In this document: in pieces, positions 1 to 10,465 of the stretch
Layout: each line of letters starts with the position of its first letter
Position numbering within the stretch: the stretch's first letter is position 1
Source of the DNA: an uncultured Chloroflexia bacterium
GTDB taxonomy: Bacteria > Chloroflexota > Limnocylindria > Limnocylindrales > CSP1-4
Direction: 5' to 3'
DNA: 64,000 nt
Assembly: GCA_963734535.1 (NCBI GenBank)
Contig: CAVTHS010000002.1
Span: 229,551 to 293,550 of the forward strand
Made by a program: the position numbers and the translations under genes
The notes under the pieces: model-generated
The model's input: the letters and a program-made list of their open reading frames with translations, nothing else
What the model was told of the DNA's origin: nothing
Database searches by the model: none

Positions 1-21
1 TGGGGAGCGGAGAGGGATCGA

Positions 22-3000
22 ATGATGAAACGGAAGTTGCTGGCCCTGCTGGCGGTGCTGGCGCTCTGCACCACAGCCGCTGGGCCGGTCGTCGCGAAGA
101 CGGCCCTGCCAGCTGGCGCCTCGCCGGCATCTGCAGTCGTCTCCAACGCGCCGGCGCCGGTGTCGCCCGTCGACCAGACGAAGGTTCCCCATTACTTCGG
201 GCCATACCCGAACTGGGCGAACAGCCCGCTCACATTGCCCGACGCGACCGTCACGATCAGCCCAACAGGTGCGCCGGCGGCCTCCATGGCGGTCGGAAAT
301 CCACTCATCGCTCGCCAATACGCGAGTGACGACACGATCAACACGGGTAGCAACACGCTCGGTCAGGGCACTGTCTTCGTGGTCATCCCGGGCGGACTTC
401 CCGCCGGGACACTCACGAGCTTCCAGACATTCGTCCAGAACGCACCCGTGTCGGGCCTGCCGTCTCCGGGCAACACATTCAATGCGTACGTGCTGCATCC
501 GACGAGCAACCCGCTCGTTGCGAACGAATACAGCATCGTCTATGACAGCGGGCCTCAACTCGTTCCCGCGATGGCCGATGGCGTTGCGACCTTCGCCGTC
601 GCGGGGACTCCCACGGTTGCGGCCGGCGACGTTCTTGCCTTCTATGGGCAGGGCATCCCGCTTGACGTGGTCGGCGCCGACCTCGTGGGATATCCCGTCG
701 CGGCAGCGCCGACCAGTCCATTCAGCACGGACACCCTTCCGCAGATCGCTGGCCGGACATATTCATTCGGCGCGACGATCCAGCTGCCCGCTGGTGCGGC
801 CCCGGGTGCGGGCGCGACTGCCGACGCGACTGTCGGTGCCAACGGCGCCGTGACCGGACTCACCATCACGAACCCCGGCCACGACTACACGGCTGCGACC
901 GTGGCGATCGACAGCAGCTCCGGCACCGGCGCAACGGCCAGCGCGGTCGTCCAGACCTCCGGCGTCGTGACCGGCGTTGCGGTTGACGTGGCAGGCGGTC
1001 GCTACGCCGCTCCGTCCGTCGCCTTCAGCGGCGGAGGCGCGACCACCGATGCCACGGGGCATGTGCTCGGTGGCGTCGATGCCGTCAACCTCTCGGTCCA
1101 GGGCGAGGGTTACACGTTCCCAACCGTGGACTTCGATCTGCCTGATGACCCCGCGGGCGTCCAGGCATCCGGCCACGCGGTGTGCGTCGAGGTCAACTGC
1201 GCTCCGGCGGCCTCCGGGACATTCGTGACGGTCACCGGCGTCGCGGTTGACAACGCCGGTTCAGGCTACTTTGCCGCGCCGAATGTCATCATTCGTGACG
1301 GCACGGTGTTCGACCCGATCAACCCGCCGGCCAGTTTCGTCGCGGCCACGGGCACGGCGACCCTGAAGGTTCTGTCCGTCGCGCTCGACACCTTCGGCGC
1401 CGGCTACACGTCGGCTCCGGCGGTCACCTTCGCCGACACCGGCGCAGGGACCGGCGCTCACGCCGTTGCGACGACCGACTTCGGCGCAGTCATCGCCCTC
1501 CATCTCCTGACCCCGGGCAGTGGCTACATCACGCCCGGCGGCATCAAGAAGTTCGTCGACGGCCTGCCCGGCTTGACCCCGGCAGGTGTGAACAACCTCG
1601 GCCAGTACATCCCGGTCGCACAGCCCGACACCACGACCTTCGCGGGCATCGGGACCGGAGCCGACTATTACGTCATCGCGGTCGTCCAGCACCGCGAGCA
1701 GATGAGCTCAAGCCTGCCCGCCACCGGCTCGCTGCTGCGCGAGTACGTGCAACTGTCGACCTCCACCGTGCCCGGCAAGCACGTCGCGCTCATGCAGGAC
1801 AACCTGACCGGCCCCCAGACGCCGATCCTGATGCCCGACGGCAGCCAGGCGTACGGCGTCGATGACCCGCACTACCTCGGCCCGACCATCGTCGCGTCGA
1901 AGGACCACGCGGTCCGGATCGTCTTCTACAACCTGCTGCCGAAGGGCGCCGATGGGAACCTGTTCCTCCCCACCGACACGACGCTGATGGGCTCGGGCAT
2001 GGGTCCCATGGACATGCCGATGGCCTCGCCGACCAACGACGGCACCGTCACCGACGGCGTCCGCAACCCGGTGTGCACCGACAACCCCCAGGACCCCAGC
2101 TGCTTCACCCAGAACCGTGCCACGCTCCACCTTCACGGTGGCGTGACCCCGTGGATCAGCGACGGTACCCCGCACCAGTGGATCACGCCAGCCAACGAGA
2201 CCACCGCATGGCCGCAGGGCGTCTCCGTCCAGAACGTCCCTGACATGGTTGGCGCTGCAGCCCCGGCCGGCGTGCCGGACTGCACCGCGGCCAACGACGG
2301 GTGCCTGACCTTCTACTACACCAACCAGCAGTCGGCGCGGCTGATGTTCTACCACGATCACGCGTGGGGCATCACCCGCCTGAACGTGTACGCCGGCGAG
2401 GCCGCCGGATACGTCCTCACCGACCCGACCGAACAGAAGCTCCTCAGCTCGACCGGCCCGCTGGCGGGCATGGGCGAGGGCATCCCGCTCGTCATCCAGG
2501 ACAAGACCTTCGTCCCGTCGGCCGCCCAGCTGGCCGGACAGGATCCGACGTGGGACGCCTCCCAATGGGGCGGCTACGGGAACCTGTGGTACCACCACGT
2601 CTACATGCCCGCCCAGAACCCGGCGTCGCCGAGCGGCATGAGCGCATTCGGTCGCTGGTTCTACGGGCCGTGGTTCTGGCCGCCGGCGACCCCGGTCAAT
2701 GGCCCCATCGCCAACCCCTATTACCAGATGGATCCCGCGGGCCCGGACGGCGTCATCGGCGCGCCTGGCTCTCCCGCCGCCGCTGACGACTTCACGACGC
2801 CGCTGGCGACGCCGTGCGCCCTCGACAACCCCGCCACGTGGCAGTACCAGGTCGAACCGTTCTGCGAGCCGGCGACGATCCCTGGCACTCCGAACGAGTC
2901 CGTCGGGATGGAGCAGTTCAACGACACGCCCCTCGTCAACGGGACGGCGTATCCGACGACCACGCTCCAGCCGCAGACCTACCGCTTCCGGGTCCTGAAC

Positions 3001-6000
3001 GCATCCAACGACCGCGCCTGGAACCTCTCGTGGTACGTCGCTGACAACCAGACGCCAGGCCTCGATACCGAGGTCGCCCTCAAGGCGTCCGAGCTGGCCG
3101 CTGCGCAGACGGATCCCAACATCGTGCCGACTCCCGACACGACCCTCAGCCCCGAAGGCCCGAGCTGGATCCAGATCGGCGACGAGGGCGGCTTCCTGCC
3201 GGCTCCGACGGTCGTGAAGCCCCAGCCCACCACGTGGATCATCGACCCCACCCGCTTCGACGTCGGCAATGTCGACAAGCACTCGCTGGTCCTGATGCCG
3301 GCCGAGCGCGGCGACGTGGTCGTCGACTTCAGCAAGTACGCGGGCAAGACGCTCATCCTCTACAACGACGCCCCCGCTGCGTACCCCGGGCGCGTCGCGA
3401 CCTACGACTACTACACCGGGATGCCCGACCTGGGCTCCGGCCAGGTGATCCCCGGCTACGGCCCGAATACGCGGACCGTCATGCAGGTCAGGATCGCCCC
3501 CGCGACTCCCGCCCCGGCGTTCAACCTGACGGCGCTCAACAACGCCTTCAAGCACCACGCTGACGGCTCCGGCGTCTTCGAGTCCTCCCAGGACCCGATC
3601 ATCGTCGGCCAGGCTGCATACAACAGCGCCTATGGCACGTCCTTCGTGGCCAGCGGCGACTGCACCAGCCAGACCGCCACGAACAAGTGCGACGGCTTCG
3701 CACGGATCGCCCAGCAGGGCGGCCAGACGTTCCGCTTCGACACCCTCAAGGGCCCGCAGCAGAAGGTCCTGATCGAGCCAAAGGCACTTCACGACGAGAT
3801 GAACTCAGCCTCATTCGACGAGTTCGGGCGGATGACGTCCAACCTCGGGCTCGAGGCCGTGCCGGCGACGCCGGCCGGGCAGAACATCCTGCTCTACCCG
3901 TATATCGCGCCGCCGACCGAGGTCATCGACGGGACCAACCTCCCGGTGGGTGACATCAACGTCCAGGCGATCAGCTCGGGCACCGACGGCACCCAGATCT
4001 GGAAGATCACGCACAACGGCGTCGACACGCACCCGATCCACTTCCACCTGTTCAACGTCCAGCTGATCAACCGGGTGACGTGGGACAACATCATCATCCC
4101 GCCGGAAGCGAGCGAGCTCGGTTGGAAGGAGACCGTCCGGACCAGCCCGCTCGAGGACACGATCGTCGCCGTGCGACCGATCACCCCGACGCTGCCGTTC
4201 GAGGTTCCGAACAGCATCCGGCCGCTCAGCCCGATGGATCCGCTCGGCGCCAACCTGGACCCGCAGGGGCTGATCGTTGACCCGCAGGGCAACATCTCGA
4301 CCCTGACCAACGCGCTCGTCAACTTCGGTTGGGAGTACGTCTATCACTGCCACATCCTCAGCCACGAGGAGATGGACATGATGCGGCCGGTGCTCTATGC
4401 ACTGCCGCCGCTCAAGGCGGACACGCTCGCCTTCGATCAGCCTACGAAGACGCTGTCGTGGAACGACAACTCCATCACCGAGACGTCGTTCGTCGTGCAG
4501 AAGTCTCCTGACGGCATCGTGTGGGCGAACGTCGGTGCGCCCATCGACTCGCCGCTCGATCAGCCGAACATCCATCAGCCGCGGAGCCTGGTTGATCCGG
4601 CGTTCGACCCGAGTGTCCCGACCTACTATCGAGTCGTTGCCCTCAACACAGTGGGAGCGCTCGACTCGGCGACGACCGGGTACTCGAGCAAGACTGTCAA
4701 ATCGTTCTCGGCAGCTCTGCTCGTTGGTCTCGCAACGACAACGACGCTGACGAGTGACGGCAACCCGTCGCTTGTCGGCCAGAACGTGACGTTCACGGCG
4801 ACCGTCACCGGCCCCGGTGTGGCCATCCCGACCGGCACGGTCCAGTTCAGCATCGACGGCACGAACGTCGGCACACCCGTCACGCTGAACGCTTCCGGCG
4901 TCGCGACGTACCCGACCAGCACATTGACCGCGGGGAGTCACCCGGTTGTTGCCACGTACAACGGCGTCCTGCCGTTTGGCGGCAGCAGCGGATCGCTGAC
5001 ACAAACGGTCAACCAGGCCGGCACGTCCACCGTCCTCGCCAGCAGCCTCAACCCGTCCACGTTCGGCGATAGCGTGACCTTCACCGTCCAGGTGACCCAG
5101 CTTGCTGGCACCGTCGTGCCGACCGGCTCGATCAGCCTTGCGATCGACGGCACGCCAACCGTCATTCCGCTCGACGCGGCGGGCGTGGCGACGTTCTCCA
5201 CTTCTGCGTTGGCGGTCGGACCGCACACCGTCACGGCCGACTACCCCGGCAACGCGGCGTTCACCGCGAGCGCAGCCACGCTGCCGACGCAAACCGTAAA
5301 CCAGGTTGTCAGCACGACCATCGTGACCAGCAGCCTGAACCCGTCCGTGTTCGGCGACAGCGTGACGTTCACCGCCACGGTGACCCCGCTTGCGGCCACC
5401 GGCACCGTCGAGTTCTTCGACGGCATCACGAGCCTCGGCCTGCCGGTCGCTCTCACCGGCGGTGCCGCTTCGTTCTCCACGGCCGCCCTCATGCTCGGCG
5501 ACCACCCGATCACCGCCGTCTACAGTGGTGACGTCAGCAACGCCGGCAGCACGAGCGCCGTGCTCACGCAGTCGGTGATCCAGCTCGCGACCGCGACGAG
5601 CCTCGTGAGCAGCCTCAACCCCTCCGTCGTTGGCGACAGCGTGACATTCACCGCCACGGTCAGCCCGTCCACGGCGACTGGCACGATGACATTCACGGTC
5701 GACTCCGTGGCGGTGACGGTGCCGGTCGTCGGTGGCCAGGCGGTGTTCGCCACGACCTCGATGGCGATCGGCAGCCACGCTGTCACCGCAGCCTACTCGG
5801 GAGACGCGAGGTTCCTCGCCAGCACGAGCCTCACGATCACGCAGGTTGTCGGGCCGTTCCTGCGACCCACGACCACCGTCGTCACGAGCAACCGGGTCCC
5901 GACGGCCAACCTCGGCCAGAACATCACCTTCACCGCAACCGTGCGGCCGGTGACCGGCACGGGTATACCGACGGGCACGGTCCAGTTCAACATCGACGGC

Positions 6001-6747
6001 GTGAACGTCGGTGCGCTGGTCACCCTCAACGCCCAGGGCCGAGCGACGTTCGCGATCGCGACGCTCGCAGCTGGTCCCCACAACGTGGTCGCGACCTACA
6101 ACGCTTCGGCGGTCTTCGCCGGCAGCGGTAGCCTCGCCTATGTCCAGGTCGTCAACAGTGCGGCCACGACCACGGTCGTGACCAGCAATCGGAACCCATC
6201 GGCCTCCGGGCAGTCAGTCACGTTCACTGCGCGTGTCACGCCGGCGAATGGACCTGTCGCCACCGGAATCGTCCAGTTCTCGATCGACGGAGCACCCTTT
6301 GGTGCCCCGGTGACCCTCAACGCAACCGGGCGTGCAACGCTCGTCCTGAGCAGCCTCACGGTCGGGGCCCACACGGTCTCCGCCGCCTACCAGGGCAACG
6401 GAAGCGATCTGCCCAGCACAAGCGCCAACTTCACCCAGACGGTGAACAAGGCCACCAGCCGGACGGTCGTCACGACCAGCGGTACCCCGGCCACGCAGGC
6501 CACGCCAGCCACCCTCACGGCGACTGTGAGAGCAGTCGCCCCTGGAGCAGGCATTGCCACCGGCCTCGTTCAGGTCCGCGTCGATGGTGTGAACTTCGGG
6601 GCCGCTGTCGCCCTTGACGTCACGGGCAAGGCGACGATCTCGACCGCTGGCATCGCCATCGGCCGGCACACGATCACCGCCGTCTACGCTGGCGACGCCA
6701 GCTTCAACGGCAGCACAAGTGGCGGCATCACCCAGCGGATCAACTAG
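22..6747 (+). CDS. Large secreted multicopper oxidase with an FN3-like segment and 7 C-terminal Ig-like (Big_3-type) repeats
   Basis: N-terminal signal peptide; four Cu-binding motifs LHLHGG, FYHDH, HPIHFH, YHCHILSHEEMDMM; seven ~90-aa repeats resembling TTT.LTSS.NPS..G.SVTFTATV...Y.G. Confidence 0.9.
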   Translation: MMKRKLLALLAVLALCTTAAGPVVAKTALPAGASPASAVVSNAPAPVSPVDQTKVPHYFGPYPNWANSPLTLPDATVTISPTGAPAASMAVGNPLIARQYASDDTINTGSNTLGQGTVFVVIPGGLPAGTLTSFQTFVQNAPVSGLPSPGNTFNAYVLHPTSNPLVANEYSIVYDSGPQLVPAMADGVATFAVAGTPTVAAGDVLAFYGQGIPLDVVGADLVGYPVAAAPTSPFSTDTLPQIAGRTYSFGATIQLPAGAAPGAGATADATVGANGAVTGLTITNPGHDYTAATVAIDSSSGTGATASAVVQTSGVVTGVAVDVAGGRYAAPSVAFSGGGATTDATGHVLGGVDAVNLSVQGEGYTFPTVDFDLPDDPAGVQASGHAVCVEVNCAPAASGTFVTVTGVAVDNAGSGYFAAPNVIIRDGTVFDPINPPASFVAATGTATLKVLSVALDTFGAGYTSAPAVTFADTGAGTGAHAVATTDFGAVIALHLLTPGSGYITPGGIKKFVDGLPGLTPAGVNNLGQYIPVAQPDTTTFAGIGTGADYYVIAVVQHREQMSSSLPATGSLLREYVQLSTSTVPGKHVALMQDNLTGPQTPILMPDGSQAYGVDDPHYLGPTIVASKDHAVRIVFYNLLPKGADGNLFLPTDTTLMGSGMGPMDMPMASPTNDGTVTDGVRNPVCTDNPQDPSCFTQNRATLHLHGGVTPWISDGTPHQWITPANETTAWPQGVSVQNVPDMVGAAAPAGVPDCTAANDGCLTFYYTNQQSARLMFYHDHAWGITRLNVYAGEAAGYVLTDPTEQKLLSSTGPLAGMGEGIPLVIQDKTFVPSAAQLAGQDPTWDASQWGGYGNLWYHHVYMPAQNPASPSGMSAFGRWFYGPWFWPPATPVNGPIANPYYQMDPAGPDGVIGAPGSPAAADDFTTPLATPCALDNPATWQYQVEPFCEPATIPGTPNESVGMEQFNDTPLVNGTAYPTTTLQPQTYRFRVLNASNDRAWNLSWYVADNQTPGLDTEVALKASELAAAQTDPNIVPTPDTTLSPEGPSWIQIGDEGGFLPAPTVVKPQPTTWIIDPTRFDVGNVDKHSLVLMPAERGDVVVDFSKYAGKTLILYNDAPAAYPGRVATYDYYTGMPDLGSGQVIPGYGPNTRTVMQVRIAPATPAPAFNLTALNNAFKHHADGSGVFESSQDPIIVGQAAYNSAYGTSFVASGDCTSQTATNKCDGFARIAQQGGQTFRFDTLKGPQQKVLIEPKALHDEMNSASFDEFGRMTSNLGLEAVPATPAGQNILLYPYIAPPTEVIDGTNLPVGDINVQAISSGTDGTQIWKITHNGVDTHPIHFHLFNVQLINRVTWDNIIIPPEASELGWKETVRTSPLEDTIVAVRPITPTLPFEVPNSIRPLSPMDPLGANLDPQGLIVDPQGNISTLTNALVNFGWEYVYHCHILSHEEMDMMRPVLYALPPLKADTLAFDQPTKTLSWNDNSITETSFVVQKSPDGIVWANVGAPIDSPLDQPNIHQPRSLVDPAFDPSVPTYYRVVALNTVGALDSATTGYSSKTVKSFSAALLVGLATTTTLTSDGNPSLVGQNVTFTATVTGPGVAIPTGTVQFSIDGTNVGTPVTLNASGVATYPTSTLTAGSHPVVATYNGVLPFGGSSGSLTQTVNQAGTSTVLASSLNPSTFGDSVTFTVQVTQLAGTVVPTGSISLAIDGTPTVIPLDAAGVATFSTSALAVGPHTVTADYPGNAAFTASAATLPTQTVNQVVSTTIVTSSLNPSVFGDSVTFTATVTPLAATGTVEFFDGITSLGLPVALTGGAASFSTAALMLGDHPITAVYSGDVSNAGSTSAVLTQSVIQLATATSLVSSLNPSVVGDSVTFTATVSPSTATGTMTFTVDSVAVTVPVVGGQAVFATTSMAIGSHAVTAAYSGDARFLASTSLTITQVVGPFLRPTTTVVTSNRVPTANLGQNITFTATVRPVTGTGIPTGTVQFNIDGVNVGALVTLNAQGRATFAIATLAAGPHNVVATYNASAVFAGSGSLAYVQVVNSAATTTVVTSNRNPSASGQSVTFTARVTPANGPVATGIVQFSIDGAPFGAPVTLNATGRATLVLSSLTVGAHTVSAAYQGNGSDLPSTSANFTQTVNKATSRTVVTTSGTPATQATPATLTATVRAVAPGAGIATGLVQVRVDGVNFGAAVALDVTGKATISTAGIAIGRHTITAVYAGDASFNGSTSGGITQRIN

Positions 6748-6758
6748 CCCGCCAACAC

Positions 6759-6794
6759 GGGTTCTGCCCGCCGCCCCAAGGGCGGGCAGAACCC
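6759..6794 (+). terminator. Hairpin, likely terminator of the oxidase gene
   Basis: Perfect 14-bp stem GGGTTCTGCCCGCC/GGCGGGCAGAACCC with 8-nt loop, 11 nt after the stop; no strong U-tract. Confidence 0.6.
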
Positions 6795-7270
6795 CACGTT
6801 CCCAGGCAGGACCGCGCCTCGAGACCGCATCTCCGACCCCAGTTCGGTTTGACCATCAAGCATGCGGCCCACCTCGATCAGAGGTGGGCCGTCCCCAACC
6901 TCGGCGTTCTCGATCGTCCCTCGGGTCGTCGCCCAAGTCGTGGTCAACTCTCTTCGCTCCAGTTCGACAGCTCGTCACTGGACGACGACTTCGACCGCGT
7001 CGTGATCCCGAGCCCGCAGCCATTCGGCATCCGTGTGATGTTCACCGAGTCGGCATCGGGACTGTGCCAGGCGCCTCGGTCGTCATCTGGCGCCCGAGTC
7101 CCAGGTCACGCTGGAGGGGCGGACGCTGACGAGGGTGGCCAACAGCCAAGGTACGGCCGTGTCTCCTCGAAGCCGCGGGCGGCGTCGCGTTCCAAATCGA
7201 GACGAGAGACGAGATCCTCGCGTCGAAGGTTCTTCCGCTCCTCGTTAGGGCGGGCCCGCGAGCAGCTCGT

Positions 7271-7804
7271 TCAGCCCCCGCCGAACCGCCAGCGCGTGGC
7301 GTCGGCCGGGAAGCTGGACCAGCCGAAGACGATATCGGGCGTCACGGCCCATATCCCCCCGTCCGGGCTCGACCAGCCGGCCGGGTCCACGACGTACCTT
7401 CGAGGCGGCCGGGCGTACTTGGCGAACGCGGCGACCAGGTCCTCGGTCAGCCCGTCGGGCGCGGCGGCAAGACGGGCGCACGTCCCCTCCACGACGACCG
7501 CGCCGTCGCCGGGCAGCTCGATCCCGACGGAGATCGCGGGATTCGCCTCGATGTTGCGCGCACGGCGGGTGAGCCGTCCGCCCTCGAACCAGAGCCGGCC
7601 CGCGCACCAGGCCGCCCAGATGGGCATCGCGTGCGGTCGCCCGTCAGGGCGCGTCGTCGCGACCCAGTAGGTCTCCGCAGCGGCGAGGTGCGCCTCCGCC
7701 CATGACCACGCGAGCGTTCCCTCGAGCGTGCCGGGGATCCCGTACGTGGGCACGTCGGGACGCTCGACGATCGGCGGCTCGATCGGCGGGAACGCCTCGC
7801 TCAC
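7271..7804 (-). CDS. Pyridoxamine 5'-phosphate oxidase (PPOX) family protein
   Basis: YWVATTRPDGRPHAMPIW...RNIEANP split-barrel signature; GTG start overlaps the stop of the upstream gene. Confidence 0.85.
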   Translation of the reverse strand: MSEAFPPIEPPIVERPDVPTYGIPGTLEGTLAWSWAEAHLAAAETYWVATTRPDGRPHAMPIWAAWCAGRLWFEGGRLTRRARNIEANPAISVGIELPGDGAVVVEGTCARLAAAPDGLTEDLVAAFAKYARPPRRYVVDPAGWSSPDGGIWAVTPDIVFGWSSFPADATRWRFGGG

Positions 7805-8823
7805 GCCGAGATCACGCTCCGCATGATCTGCTCGAGCTTCTCGCGCGCCTCCGGCTGGACGACGCCGGCGGCATCGAGCTCGGCGATCGCCTCGTCACGC
7901 CAGCGGCGCGCCTCCCCGCGCGTGTAGTCCTGGGCGCCGGTGCGGTCCACGATCGCCATGGCCTGGGCGATCTGGCCCGCGGTCGGGTCGGGGTCCGCGT
8001 AGAAACCGAGCAGGCGCGCCCGGTCGTCCGCCGTCGCGTGCTCCAGCGCATAGATGACGGGGAGCGTCTTCTTGTGCTTCGCGAGGTCGGACGGCTCCTT
8101 GCCGGTCGCCTGCTCGCGGCCCCAGATCCCCAGGAGGTCGTCGTTGAGCTGGAAGGCGAGGCCCAGTGCCCAGCCGAACTGGCGGTACCGCGTGATCACG
8201 GCCTCGTCGTCGGTCGCAAGCAGGGCACCCGCCTCGATGCTCGCCGAGATGAGCGCCGCGGTCTTGCGCCCGATCATGTCGAAGTAGAGGTCGACGGTCA
8301 TCGCGGTGTCGTGCTCGCTCGTCCAGATGTCGATGTACTGGCCCTCGCACAGCGCCAGGCAGGTCTCGTCGTAGAGCCGCATGAGGCGAAGCACCGTGGA
8401 ATCGGAGAACCCGAGCGACGTCAGCCGGTGGAGCGCGATCCTCGAGAGCACGAAGACGGCGTCACCGGTGTTGATGGCCTGTGGGATGCCATGCACCGCC
8501 CAGAGGGTCGCCCGGTGGCGCCGTTCGCGGTCACCGTCCTCGATGTCGTCGTGGATAAGGCTGAAGTTGTGGCCCAGCTCCACGGCCGCCGCGCCAGGCA
8601 GCGCGCGCTGCCAGGTGCCGGTGATGGAGGCGAAGGCGAGGAGGCCCAGGAGCGGCCGCAGCCGCTTGCCGGTGGACCCGGAGCCATCGAGGCCCATGTG
8701 GTAGCGGACCATCTCGTACATCCCGTGCGTGGTCGGATCGCGATCCACGACGAGGCGCAGGATCTCGTCCTCGACGGCGCCGATCAGCTCCGGGAGGTCG
8801 AGGGACGCGGGGGAGGTGGGCAC
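7801..8823 (-). CDS. Polyprenyl diphosphate synthase (GGPP synthase-like)
   Basis: GKRLRP, FSLIHDDIED..ERRH, GQYID, KT, FQLNDD motifs. Confidence 0.92.
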   Translation of the reverse strand: MPTSPASLDLPELIGAVEDEILRLVVDRDPTTHGMYEMVRYHMGLDGSGSTGKRLRPLLGLLAFASITGTWQRALPGAAAVELGHNFSLIHDDIEDGDRERRHRATLWAVHGIPQAINTGDAVFVLSRIALHRLTSLGFSDSTVLRLMRLYDETCLALCEGQYIDIWTSEHDTAMTVDLYFDMIGRKTAALISASIEAGALLATDDEAVITRYRQFGWALGLAFQLNDDLLGIWGREQATGKEPSDLAKHKKTLPVIYALEHATADDRARLLGFYADPDPTAGQIAQAMAIVDRTGAQDYTRGEARRWRDEAIAELDAAGVVQPEAREKLEQIMRSVISA

Positions 8824-8945
8824 GGGCAGGATGATAGCAACCTCGACTGGTGCGGCCGTCTCGGGGCGGGTTGTCGTGCGCGACCCGGCTGGTCCTGGCG
8901 ATGGGTCTTCGTGCCGGCGGCGCGGGCGGATGGTACCGTGCGGAG

Positions 8946-9864
8946 GTGCCCGGCCGTCGCCTGTACGTCACCGACGCGATCGTCCTCTCGCGCTTCGACT
9001 TCGGCGAGGCGGACCGGATCATGACGCTCCTCACGCCGGAGCTCGGGAAGATCAAGGCGATCGCGAAAGGGATCCGGCGCCCGACGAGCCGGATCGGTGG
9101 GGCCCTGGAGCCATTGGCGGAGCTGCGAATCCAGCTGGCCCGGGGGCGCACGTTCGACGTGGTCACGCAGGTCACCATGCAGCACACGTGGCTGGGCCTG
9201 CGGGACCGGCTGGAGGTGACCGCTACGGCGTGGTACTGCGCGGAGCTCGCGGAGCGCTCGCTCGAGGAGCGGCACGCGGCCCTGCCCGTCTACCTGCTGC
9301 TGCGCCGCACGTACGAGCTGCTCGATGCGGGGATGTCGCCCGCCCGGGTTGCGCGCTGGTTCGAGATGCGGCTGTGCGACGAGCTCGGGGTGCGGCCGGA
9401 GGTGGACCGCTGCGTCGAGTGCGACCGGCTCCTCGCGCCGGAAGACACCGTGCGCTGGGTTCCTCCGCTCGGCGGCGTCCTCTGCGCCGATCACGCCGGG
9501 CCCTACGGCGATGGCCGCCGGCCTCTCGACCGAGGCGCTCAAGGTGCTCAAGGCGTACCAGCGCATGGATGTCGAGGCGATCGCCGGCCTCCGCCTGCCA
9601 CCCGCGGTGGAGCGCGAGGTCGAGGATCGGCTGGGAACGTTCGTGCGCCACGTGATGGAGCGCGACGTCAGGTCGCGACGGTTCCTCGAGGAGGTGAAGG
9701 CCGGCTACGGGGAGCCGGCGGTCGCGTTCGCCCCGGCGCGGCCGGCGGAGCGGGGAGTCGTGCCCGCTACGGTCGGACCGGCGCCGCGGACGACGCCCGC
9801 GACCGCGTCGACGGTGCTGCCGGTGGCCGCGCCCTCGCCGGCGCCGTCGGGACGTTCCCGATGA
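8946..9864 (+). CDS. recO: DNA repair protein RecO (one +1 frameshift near 9500-9515)
   Basis: DAIVLSRFDFGEADRIMTLLTPELGKIKAIAKGIRRPTSR; CVEC zinc motif; C-terminus STEALKVLKAYQ continues in the 9325..9864 frame. Confidence 0.88.
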
Positions 9865-10280
9865 TCGACCTCGCGACGGAGGCCGGCGCGCGCGCGGCGT
9901 CGCGCCTTCGGGACGAGCTCATCCTCTGGCTGACGACCGTGACCCCGGCCGGCCAGCCGCAGGCCTCGCCGGTCTGGTTCCTGTGGGTCGACGACGAGAT
10001 ACTCCTCTACAGCCGGTCGGACACGCCGCGGCCCGAGAACATCCGCGCGAACCCGCGCGTGGCTGCGAACCTCGACTCCGACGGCGAGGGCGGGGACGTC
10101 GTCTCGATCGAGGGTGACGCACGGGTCGTCCACGAGCACGCCGTCGAGGCCGACGTACCGCCGGCATACGTGGAGAAGTACGCAGCGCAGGTGGCGGCGA
10201 ACGGCTGGACGATGGCGAGCTTCCTCGTCGACTACCCGGTGGAGATCCGGATCCGGCCGACCCGCGTTCGCGCCTGGTAG
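9861..10280 (+). CDS. PPOX-class probable F420-dependent enzyme
   Basis: LWLTTVTPAGQPQASPVWFLW...NIRANPRV...IRIRPTRVRAW; ATGA coupling to the recO stop. Confidence 0.85.
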   Translation: MIDLATEAGARAASRLRDELILWLTTVTPAGQPQASPVWFLWVDDEILLYSRSDTPRPENIRANPRVAANLDSDGEGGDVVSIEGDARVVHEHAVEADVPPAYVEKYAAQVAANGWTMASFLVDYPVEIRIRPTRVRAW

Positions 10281-10465
10281 GAGTCGGCCCCGGACCGGTC
10301 CTCCGGACCGTGGGCGCGCATCGTGCCCGGAGCCGGCACTGCGTCCCAGCGCGCGGGGCGCGCTGGGACGAGGCGTCCCGGGGGCCACCCGAACGTCTGG
10401 TACGATCCGCGGGACCGTCCTCCCGTCCGCGCATGCCACGCGCGGGCCCCTCGTGGAGCTGCCCC

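Noticed and set aside
8850-10280. Apparent RecO-PPOX fusion (476 aa)
   Set aside because: Artefact of the recO frameshift; the PPOX gene has its own ATG at 9861
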